Assembly: GCA_900542555.1 (NCBI GenBank)
Contig: UQNU01000003.1
Span: forward strand, 29-64,028
Direction of reading: 5' to 3'
Length of the DNA: 64,000 nt
Origin: an uncultured Collinsella sp.
GTDB lineage: Bacteria > Actinomycetota > Coriobacteriia > Coriobacteriales > Coriobacteriaceae
The translations under genes and the position numbers were made by a program. This document shows, piece after piece, positions 21,959-29,388 of the stretch (position 1 is its first letter; the number at the start of each line of letters is the position of its first letter). The notes beneath the pieces were generated by a model. It worked only from the letters and a program-made list of their open reading frames with translations, did no database searches and had not been told where the DNA came from.

Positions 21959-21978
21959 AGGGCGAGCGCCCCATCGGG

Positions 21979-22485
21979 GTGCTGCTGGTGTTTGCTTGCC
22001 TGACCGTGGCGATAGCGGCGGTGCTTTGGGGGCTTAACGCCGCGCGGCAGCAGCGTCCTGGGGCCGCCTTCGATTCGGGCTCAGATTCGGCGGTGGCGTC
22101 CCAAAAAGATGAGATGCGAGATGCGGACGATTCGGATGTCGCTGTCACGGCGCAAACCTTTCTGCGGACGCTCGACAAGCGGTCTGGCACTGCGACGGAT
22201 TCGCCTGAGGACAACGCGATTGCGGTCCGGCTTGCATGGTCCGAGGACCGACCGATGACCGAGGTAGCGGCGGATATGTTACGCGCCTACCGCGAGGTGC
22301 CAACGGCCCAGCTCGCCCTGAGCGGCTATCTCGATATTAAGGGCAACGTATGGGGCGCCATCGTGCGCGATGGGCGCGGCTGGGTCGATATGGTGACGGT
22401 TGCCGCGGATGCTGGCGATGCTTCGTGTCGTCTGCGCGCCGTGCGTCTGGTCCCGCAAACAATGAGCTCAAAGGAGGGATCGTGA
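21979..22485 (+). CDS. Membrane-anchored hypothetical protein inside the tad operon
   Basis: The ORF-track frame is 21922-22485. Start proposed at GTG 21979 to avoid overlap with flp. It has a single N-terminal TM helix (LLVFACLTVAIAAVLWG). No recognisable domain. Confidence 0.5.
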   Translation: MLLVFACLTVAIAAVLWGLNAARQQRPGAAFDSGSDSAVASQKDEMRDADDSDVAVTAQTFLRTLDKRSGTATDSPEDNAIAVRLAWSEDRPMTEVAADMLRAYREVPTAQLALSGYLDIKGNVWGAIVRDGRGWVDMVTVAADAGDASCRLRAVRLVPQTMSSKEGS

Positions 22486-22486
22486 A

Positions 22487-22705
22487 ATGCATGGCGTTCT
22501 GCGTGAGGAATCTGCCCAGGCGACGGTCGAATACGCCATCGTCACGGTGGCGCTGTTATCGATCGTGCTGGCGATCGCGGGGCTTTGGCGTGCTGGCACC
22601 GATGGGCGCTTGGCAGCGCTGGTTGAGCGGGCGGCATCCCATGGCGTTACCTCGACGTCGGTTATCGACGCCGCTGCGGGCGCTAAGGACATCGCGTTGT
22701 ATTGA
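22487..22705 (+). CDS. Second Flp-like prepilin
   Basis: 72 aa. REESAQATVEYAIVTVALLSIVLAIAGL closely parallels the flp leader/EY motif. Confidence 0.65.
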   Translation: MHGVLREESAQATVEYAIVTVALLSIVLAIAGLWRAGTDGRLAALVERAASHGVTSTSVIDAAAGAKDIALY

Positions 22706-23177
22706 TATCGCGCGCGAGGACCGGGCGCAGTCTACGGTCGAGGCCGCTTTTTTGCTGCCGACGTTTCTGACGCTCATCCTTCTCGCACTGCAACCGGTGT
22801 GCCTGCTTTATACGCGCGCGGTCATGGAGTCTGCCGCCGCCGAGACCGCGCGGCTCATGACCACGACGACGGCGGAGGACGACGATCTTAAGGAGTTCAC
22901 CCGCCGCCGGCTTGCCGCAGTGCCCAACGTTTCGATCTTTCATGCCGGCGGGCCGTTGTCGTGGGATGTCGAGCTTAGCCGGGCCGATGCGGGCGGCGTC
23001 TCGTCCGTGTCCGTTTCCGGCGAGGTCAAGCCGTTGCCTGTGATCGGTGCGTTTGCGCAGGCTATGGGTGGTACCGCCGAGGGCGGCTACGTTGAGCTCA
23101 AGGTCGATGTCTCGTATCAATCACGTCCCGAATGGCTGGAGGGAGATTATGATTCGTGGATTGCTGCATGGGATTAA
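22641..23177 (+). CDS. TadE-like pseudopilin
   Basis: AREDRAQSTVEAAFLLPTFLTLILLAL matches the TadE N-terminal pattern. The nearest in-frame ATG is 22641, which overlaps the preceding pilin gene, so the start is uncertain. Confidence 0.6.
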   Translation: MALPRRRLSTPLRALRTSRCIDIAREDRAQSTVEAAFLLPTFLTLILLALQPVCLLYTRAVMESAAAETARLMTTTTAEDDDLKEFTRRRLAAVPNVSIFHAGGPLSWDVELSRADAGGVSSVSVSGEVKPLPVIGAFAQAMGGTAEGGYVELKVDVSYQSRPEWLEGDYDSWIAAWD

Positions 23178-23241
23178 GCGTTTCTGGTCTAGACGCGTTT
23201 TGACGCGCCGTCCGAGCTGCCATCGCAAGCGAGGCGGCTTT

Positions 23242-25302
23242 ATGGGTCGAGCCGGTATCGACCTGTTTATCGAAGACGGTGCCTACACCACGCTTTCCTC
23301 TGCGGTGGTCATCTTGGTGGTGCTCACGCTGCTGTTTTCGTCGACGGCGGCGATATGGAGCATGTCGCGCGCGGGGGACACCCAGGTGGCTGCCGATAGC
23401 GGCGCGCTGGCAGGCGCCAATGTGGTGTCGTCCTATCACACGGCTGCCACGGTGGTGGATGCGAGCATCTTGAGTTTGGGCCTAGCGGGGTTTGCCACGA
23501 TCGGGACGGGCCTGGTCGCCATCCTCATCCCGGGTGCCGAACCAGTTGCCGGCAATATGGTCGACACCGGGATTGAGATCATTAAAACGCGCAACAAGTT
23601 TGCCAAAAGCGCATCGGAAGGCTTACAGAAAATCGAGACGGCTCTGCCGTATCTGATCGCCGCGCGTGCCACGCAGGCGGTGTCGGCGCAGGATACCGAT
23701 AGTGTGACCTATACCGGTACGGCGCTTGCCGTGCCCAAGACATCCGAGTCGGACTTCGCTGCGCTCGAGGGGTCCGAGATCTCGACCGATGCCATTAAAG
23801 GCACATCAGATGATTTAGAGCGTGCGGCCGAGGAGCTGCGGAAGGCTTCTGAGGACACGGCAAAGGCTAAAGAGCGCGCTTGGCTGGCGGATTGTGGTGG
23901 GTCGGACAAGGGCTCGGTCAGCAGCTGTTCTTGCATGTGGGAGCGTGCGAAAAGCCTAGCGGATCTCTCTGGTGCTCAAAATCCACATTACGCTTCGAGC
24001 GTTACGTGGGAGCCGCAAGTGGCGCTCGATCGCGCGAAGGCCTACTATCGCCAGCGCCTGGCAAATGAGAAACCGCTTGGCGAGGGTCCGGAAAAACAGG
24101 CAGATTCTGCTGCACGAAAGGTGTTCTTCGCTTATGCGAGTGAAGAAGTCGAGCGGGCATATATAACTGAAAAGGACGGCAAAGTTTCCGCCCGCATCCC
24201 TTTCCTTCCGCGAAATCCAGATGAGGCGCGGACGACTGAACTCTATACCGATGCGCGTTGGCCCACGAGTGAAGTAGATAAAGTTACCTATTTGCATTAT
24301 GGGACTGACTGTCCAAATTACAAAAAAGGAAAGCCGGGTGGGCTGGCATCCGTCGCAGATTTTGACGGTCACGAAACGTGTGGCGAATGCCATTTCGGTG
24401 TGTCGTCTTTAGGGTACGTTGCGATTGCAACGACTTCTGTCGAAAGGGGCTTCGAATACCACTTTGACAAGTTCAAAGAGGCCCTGGAAGACTACGTCGA
24501 ATGCCGCAACAAAGAGCTCGAGCTCGAGCGTCAGACCGAAGACGAGGCCGATCGTGCGGGCAATACGTTTGACCAGGCCATCAAGGAGCTTTCGGGCGAG
24601 CGCCCGCGTATCGCTCCGCCCGGTCGCAACGGCGTGGTCGCCTTTGCGGTTTCGGGTGCCATCTCGAGCCCCGATGAGCTCAACTCTTCGTTTTACACGG
24701 CAGTCAGGCTTGGCGATCGCGGTGCTATCTCTGCCGCGGTGTTGGCGCCCGATGAGGCGACGGCGCAAAACAACGTGCTTTCGCGATTTTTCTCGACATT
24801 GAAGGAACGCTCGGGCGGCGTTGCCGGCGTGCTCGACGGCGTCATGGATGTTTGGGGACGGCTGCTCGTAGGATACGGTGATATCCAAGGTTCGGCCGAC
24901 GAACTTATGGACGAGATGATTAAAGGCCTAGGAGGGGGCAGCGGCGCGTTGGGCTCCATCGCATCGTGGCTCGGCGATACCGTTTCGGCGTCCGTGGCGG
25001 CGTTGGGTCTGGAGCCGTGCGACTTGCGCCTGCGAAAGCCAGTGCTGACCGATTCCGCCAACGTCATTAAGAGTCCGGGGTCTGACATTGCTGGTCTTTC
25101 TCAAGCGCAAGACAAGCTGCGAAGTATTCCGTTGGGCGTGACCGATCCCAAGGCGCTTTGCGAGGCGTTGGAATATCAAGTCGAACGCACCATTAGCAGT
25201 ACGGTGTTTACGCTTGCGGAGATTCCTCTGCCCGGCGGCGGCTCCATCCCACTCACCGTCGATGTCGCCACGCTGGTTGGCGCTCTGGGCGGTGGGTCGT
25301 AA
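23242..25302 (+). CDS. Large TadG-like pilus-associated protein
   Basis: Start at ATG 23242. An N-terminal TM helix is followed by QVAADSGALAGANVV (TadG N-terminal pattern). The 686-aa body has Cys clusters, including CGECH at 24379-24393. Confidence 0.6.
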   Translation: MGRAGIDLFIEDGAYTTLSSAVVILVVLTLLFSSTAAIWSMSRAGDTQVAADSGALAGANVVSSYHTAATVVDASILSLGLAGFATIGTGLVAILIPGAEPVAGNMVDTGIEIIKTRNKFAKSASEGLQKIETALPYLIAARATQAVSAQDTDSVTYTGTALAVPKTSESDFAALEGSEISTDAIKGTSDDLERAAEELRKASEDTAKAKERAWLADCGGSDKGSVSSCSCMWERAKSLADLSGAQNPHYASSVTWEPQVALDRAKAYYRQRLANEKPLGEGPEKQADSAARKVFFAYASEEVERAYITEKDGKVSARIPFLPRNPDEARTTELYTDARWPTSEVDKVTYLHYGTDCPNYKKGKPGGLASVADFDGHETCGECHFGVSSLGYVAIATTSVERGFEYHFDKFKEALEDYVECRNKELELERQTEDEADRAGNTFDQAIKELSGERPRIAPPGRNGVVAFAVSGAISSPDELNSSFYTAVRLGDRGAISAAVLAPDEATAQNNVLSRFFSTLKERSGGVAGVLDGVMDVWGRLLVGYGDIQGSADELMDEMIKGLGGGSGALGSIASWLGDTVSASVAALGLEPCDLRLRKPVLTDSANVIKSPGSDIAGLSQAQDKLRSIPLGVTDPKALCEALEYQVERTISSTVFTLAEIPLPGGGSIPLTVDVATLVGALGGGS

Positions 25303-25778
25303 TGAGTATCCGCATGCGTCTGCGCGAGGAGCGCGCCCAAGCGACGGTGGAGATGGCAGTGGTTACGCCCGTTTTGCTGGTGCTGGCACTCATCGTGTAC
25401 AACGTCATGATCTTTGCCAGCGCTGTCGCGCGCTTCGACCGCGTGGTGCCCGACATCGTGTTGGCGCACGCTGTGGCGCCGGGCGGGGAGGGTGACGAGA
25501 ACTCTGCCGATGCCTCGGTGACGGTCCAGACTCAAATTCTGAATGCCATGGAAGGCTATGACTTGCAGATCGAAGTGTCGAGCGAGCAAGGCGCGAAGGC
25601 ATCAGACGGTGGCCTGCTCTCCCTATCCGGTACGTTTAGGACCTACACCTGCACCATGCACTATGAGCCGTGGCCGACTTCTCTCAGCATCGCTGGCGTT
25701 CCGCTGGGGGCGCCGACAACGTTGTCGCACGAGCGCGCGGTGACGGTCGATCCATGGCGTCCGGGGGTGGTCATGTGA
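25302..25778 (+). CDS. TadE/TadF-like pseudopilin
   Basis: LREERAQATVEMAVVTPVLLVLALIVYNV. TAATG overlap with the preceding gene. Confidence 0.65.
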   Translation: MSIRMRLREERAQATVEMAVVTPVLLVLALIVYNVMIFASAVARFDRVVPDIVLAHAVAPGGEGDENSADASVTVQTQILNAMEGYDLQIEVSSEQGAKASDGGLLSLSGTFRTYTCTMHYEPWPTSLSIAGVPLGAPTTLSHERAVTVDPWRPGVVM

Positions 25779-26134
25779 CCGCGGTCTCGTCCTACATCGC
25801 TTACGCGCGGGCACTCAACAGGCTGGGTTGGACGCCGGCCGAGTTTGTGGTGGCGGAGTCGTTTGTCGTGCGCCTGCGCGGCATGCTGGGACGGCGTCCG
25901 GTTGCCGCCAACGGCCTGTCGCTCGTCATGGCGTTTCCACGCTGCTCTTCGGTCCATACGTGTTTTATGGCCTATCCCATCGACATCGCCTTCATCGATC
26001 GCGACGGCAATATCCTCGCGCGCTACGAAAACGTTCGTCCTTGGCGCATGTGCTCCTGCCTCGGCGCCTGGGCCGTACTAGAGCGTCCTTCAATCATTGT
26101 TTTGACTCCTGCTCTCCAACGCGTGCCGGCTTAA
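25775..26134 (+). CDS. DUF192-family protein
   Basis: RLRGMLGRR...MAFPRCSSVHTCFMAYPIDIAFIDRDGNI resembles the DUF192 (COG1430) pattern. GTG 25775 or ATG 25754 is the start; both overlap the preceding gene. Confidence 0.6.
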   Translation: MTAVSSYIAYARALNRLGWTPAEFVVAESFVVRLRGMLGRRPVAANGLSLVMAFPRCSSVHTCFMAYPIDIAFIDRDGNILARYENVRPWRMCSCLGAWAVLERPSIIVLTPALQRVPA

Positions 26135-26192
26135 GAATTGGCGACAGTGGACTTTCGTCATACGAAATTGGGTAAGATGGAGGAGAAGATGC

Positions 26193-26456
26193 ATGGATGT
26201 TGAGATCCATCCCAACGCTAAAAAGCACCTGACGGAAAAGCAGGTGCTTAGCGCTTGGCTTGCGGTTACTGAGTGCATTCGTCGCGAGCCGAAGGACGAG
26301 CCGCCGAGATGGCTTGCAATTGGATGGCTCTCAGACGGACGAAGCGTGGAACTTGTTGCGGTCGAACTAATTCGTGGATGGCTCATTATTCATGCCCTGT
26401 CTCCGGTTCAGAAGAAATTCTGGCAAGAGATCGAGCGAGCTCGGCAGAGGGGTTGA
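26193..26456 (+). CDS. Small protein, putative toxin partner of the downstream RHH protein
   Basis: 87 aa with no recognised motif. Its stop overlaps the next start (TGATG at 26454-26458). Confidence 0.4.
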   Translation: MDVEIHPNAKKHLTEKQVLSAWLAVTECIRREPKDEPPRWLAIGWLSDGRSVELVAVELIRGWLIIHALSPVQKKFWQEIERARQRG

Positions 26457-26743
26457 TGATGGGCAAGACGTATACGGCCGCTAATGGTCAGGTTGTAACG
26501 GATGAAATGATTGACGCGTGGTGCGAGTCGTACGAGCGCGGAGAGTTTCCGGATGGCGAACACACCGTTGGTGGGATCGTGCGTGGACGGCCCCCGCTCT
26601 CAGGTGAGGGGACGGCAACGCTGTCGGTCAAGATTCCTCTGGGAATGAAGGAGGCCATTCGTCGACGGGCGGCTGCCGAGGGGATGACGCCAAGTGAGTT
26701 TGCCCGTGCGGCTCTGAGTGAAAAACTTCTTGCTGCCGGCTGA
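26456..26743 (+). CDS. Ribbon-helix-helix (CopG-like) putative antitoxin
   Basis: C-terminal LSVKIPLGMKEAIRRRAAAEGMTPSEFARAALSEKL is a typical RHH segment. The gene is translationally coupled to 26193-26456. Confidence 0.55.
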   Translation: MMGKTYTAANGQVVTDEMIDAWCESYERGEFPDGEHTVGGIVRGRPPLSGEGTATLSVKIPLGMKEAIRRRAAAEGMTPSEFARAALSEKLLAAG

Positions 26744-26866
26744 TGCCTCTGACGTGCCGATTTATAGAACCGAGGCTGTGCTCAAAAACTTTTTTAAAAT
26801 TCTCGGTTGACCGGAACGCGTCCTTGGTTATACTAATCAAGCCTTGAAACAAGGCACACCTCAAAT

Positions 26867-26921
<55 letters not shown>

Positions 26922-26939
<18 letters not shown>

Positions 26940-26985
26940 CCTTGAATTGACTAGGACCTCTGCAAAGGGGTCCTTTTCTTTTATG
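26922..26985 (+). repeat. Direct repeat copy 1: tRNA-Phe 3' part (from the T-loop) plus its terminator
   Basis: This 64-nt segment recurs at 27075-27138 with a single mismatch. Confidence 0.95.
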
Positions 26986-26997
26986 CAGCCCCCACAT

Positions 26998-27010
26998 GGA
27001 ATCGAACCCC
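26998..27010. repeat. Inverted copy of the tRNA-Phe T-arm
   Basis: ggaatcgaacccc is the exact reverse complement of ggggttcgattcc (26916-26928). Confidence 0.9.
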
Positions 27011-27074
27011 GTGAGGGCGCGGAGCTGAGTAAACGCGTAAGCGCCGCAGCGGTCCGTCCGCGCAGCGCGCGGAC

Positions 27075-27138
27075 GCGATTCCCTTCCCCGCCACCTTGAA
27101 TTGATTAGGACCTCTGCAAAGGGGTCCTTTTCTTTTAT
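27075..27138 (+). repeat. Direct repeat copy 2 of the tRNA-Phe 3' end plus terminator
   Basis: 63/64 identical to 26922-26985. Preceded by gcgcggacg. Confidence 0.95.
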
Positions 27139-27372
27139 GTGGACCCGCGGAAAATGCATCCCAGTCTTTTGCGAAAAACGGGACGCGCTTTCCGGCGCTT
27201 ACTTCCGACGTGCGTGCACATCTCGGGCCCGCCCGCTCAGACATTCCTCCCGCTTTTGCGCCACTTTACAGACCGTTCGGTCGTCTGTCCGCACGCGCGG
27301 GTATACTCAAAACGATACTTTTCCTGTGCAATACGATGCAGGCTCAGCCTGCACGATCCGAAGGGGGCAGTG

Positions 27373-28434
27373 ATGGAGAGGATACTCGGCGTTAATCTCT
27401 CTGGCTGGTTTATTCCCGAGCCTTGGGTGACCCCGTCGCTATACGCGGCGACCGGTGCATCCAACGCGGCCGAGCTGCAGGAGGCCATGGGCACCGCCGC
27501 CTATAACGAGCGCATGCGCCGTCATTACGAGACGTTTGTGAGCGAGGACGATTTCCGCCGCATGGCGCAGATTGGCCTCAATGCCGTGCGTCTGCCGGTA
27601 CCCTGGTATGCCTTTGGCTCGCAGGAGTCCGATGCGTCCTACATCTCGGTTGTCGACTACATCGACCGTGCAATTGAGTGGGCTGCCAAGTACGACATCC
27701 GCGTGCTGCTTGATCTGGCAACTGTGCCCGGTGGCCAGGGCGATTCCAACGATTCGCCCGCCACGCCGGAGGCTGTTGCCGAGTGGCATTCGTCCACCAA
27801 CGGTCGTCATGTCGCACTCGACGTGCTCGAGCGCCTGGCCGATCGCTACGGCGAGGCCGAGAGCCTGCTGGGCATTGAGCTGCTGGATACGCCGCAGATG
27901 AGTGTCCGCAAGAGCCTCTTCACCATGACGGATGGCATTCCTGCGCACTACCTGCGCAACTTCTATCGCGATGCCTATGAGCTCGTCCGTTCGTATATGC
28001 CCGAGGATAAGATCGTCGTCTTCTCGTCGTCGGGGCATCCCAGCGAGTGGAAGCATTTTATGCGCGGCGCTAAGTACAAGAACGTCTACATGGACCTTCA
28101 CCTGTACCATTACCGCGACGAGTATGCGCTCGATATCACGAGCCCCCGCGGGCTGACGACGGCGATTTCGCGTAACAAGCGCGAGCTTAAAGAAGCGATT
28201 TCGACTGGGTTCCCCGTGCTGGTGGGCGAATGGTCGGGCGCGGCGATCTTTGCCAACTCGTCGGTTACGCCCGAGGGCCGCAATGCCTACGAGCGCGTGT
28301 TTATCGCCAACCAGCTGGCTTCGTTTGCACCGGCTGCCGGTTGGTTCTTCCAAACGTGGAAGACCGAGAAGCGCATTGCAGCATGGGACGCCCGCGCGGC
28401 GCTCGGTACGCTCGAGCGTGGCATGATTGAATAG
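27373..28434 (+). CDS. Glycoside hydrolase family 5-like protein (exo-beta-1,3-glucanase-like), no signal peptide
   Basis: Start at ATG 27373 (RBS aaggggg). GVNLSGWFIPEPWVTPSLY, GIELLDTP and VGEWSG blocks resemble GH5 exoglucanases. The ORF-track start at 27139 is an upstream read-in. Confidence 0.6.
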   Translation: MERILGVNLSGWFIPEPWVTPSLYAATGASNAAELQEAMGTAAYNERMRRHYETFVSEDDFRRMAQIGLNAVRLPVPWYAFGSQESDASYISVVDYIDRAIEWAAKYDIRVLLDLATVPGGQGDSNDSPATPEAVAEWHSSTNGRHVALDVLERLADRYGEAESLLGIELLDTPQMSVRKSLFTMTDGIPAHYLRNFYRDAYELVRSYMPEDKIVVFSSSGHPSEWKHFMRGAKYKNVYMDLHLYHYRDEYALDITSPRGLTTAISRNKRELKEAISTGFPVLVGEWSGAAIFANSSVTPEGRNAYERVFIANQLASFAPAAGWFFQTWKTEKRIAAWDARAALGTLERGMIE

Positions 28435-28440
28435 GTTGAT

Positions 28441-29319
28441 ATGACGCAAAACAGCGCCCATACGGGCAAACTCTATGTGGTCGGCACGCCCATCGGCAAC
28501 TTGGGCGACCTGTCCCCGCGCGTTGGCGAGGCCTTTGCCGCTGCCGATGTCATCTGCTGCGAAGACACGCGTGTGACGTCAAAGCTGCTGATGCACCTGG
28601 GCATTTCCAAGCCGCTTGTCCGTTGCGACGAGAATGTGATCGCCAGCCGCGCCGCCGGCCTGGTCGACCGTCTGCTGGCGGGGGAGACCCTCGCTTTTGC
28701 CTCGGACGCCGGCATGCCGAGCGTGTCCGATCCCGGCCAGGCGCTGGTCGAGGCGGCGCGTGAGGCCGATGTGCCCGTCGAAGTTATCCCCGGGCCCTCC
28801 GCTTGCGTCACGGCGCTCGTTTCGTCCGGCATTCCCTGCGAGCATTTTTTCTTCGAGGGCTTTTTGGGCCGAAAGCACGGCGACCGCGTGCGCCGTTTGC
28901 AGCGCCTTGCCGTGGTGCCCGGCGCACTCATCTTCTACGAGTCTCCACATCGCATCGTGGCGACGCTCGAGGCCGTGGCGGAGGTCTTTCCCCAGCGTGA
29001 GGTTGCCGTCTGCCGCGAACTCACCAAGCTGCACGAGGAGGTCTTGCGCGGGCCCGCTGCCCAGCTTGCCGAGGAGCTGTGTGCTCGCGGCGAGGTAAAG
29101 GGCGAGATTGCGCTGGTCATCGCGCCGCCGAGCGAGGACGAAGAGGCCGGTATCGCGCCGGTTGGCGCCGCGGCAGCGGATCCCGACGAGGCCCTGCGCG
29201 CGGATATCCGCGCCGCGCTCGAGGAGGGGGAGCCCGCGTCTGCGGTAGCCAAGCGCCTGTCTCAGAAGTATTCGCGCCGCAAGCGCGATGTCTATGCCAT
29301 GGTGCTCGATATGCAATAG
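28441..29319 (+). CDS. rsmI: 16S rRNA (cytidine1402-2'-O)-methyltransferase
   Basis: GKLYVVGTPIGNLGDLSPR N-terminus and tetrapyrrole-methylase fold blocks. Confidence 0.85.
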   Translation: MTQNSAHTGKLYVVGTPIGNLGDLSPRVGEAFAAADVICCEDTRVTSKLLMHLGISKPLVRCDENVIASRAAGLVDRLLAGETLAFASDAGMPSVSDPGQALVEAAREADVPVEVIPGPSACVTALVSSGIPCEHFFFEGFLGRKHGDRVRRLQRLAVVPGALIFYESPHRIVATLEAVAEVFPQREVAVCRELTKLHEEVLRGPAAQLAEELCARGEVKGEIALVIAPPSEDEEAGIAPVGAAAADPDEALRADIRAALEEGEPASAVAKRLSQKYSRRKRDVYAMVLDMQ

Positions 29320-29388
29320 ATGGAGGATATCCAGCCCTTGCGCTAGAATCATCCTCTGTATGCAACGTTTTTCTGGAGGACAAACCCC

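Noticed and set aside
16529-26134. The tad locus as an island integrated at tRNA-Phe.
   Set aside because: The tad genes lie upstream (5') of the tRNA, whereas the duplicated tRNA 3' end lies only 153 bp downstream. tad codon usage looks like the core genome.
27139-27372. N-terminal 78-aa extension of the GH5 ORF as listed in the ORF track.
   Set aside because: The extension runs from the tRNA-Phe repeat region, has no RBS, and is Arg/Pro/Cys-rich. A good RBS plus ATG at 27373 starts exactly where GH5 similarity begins.
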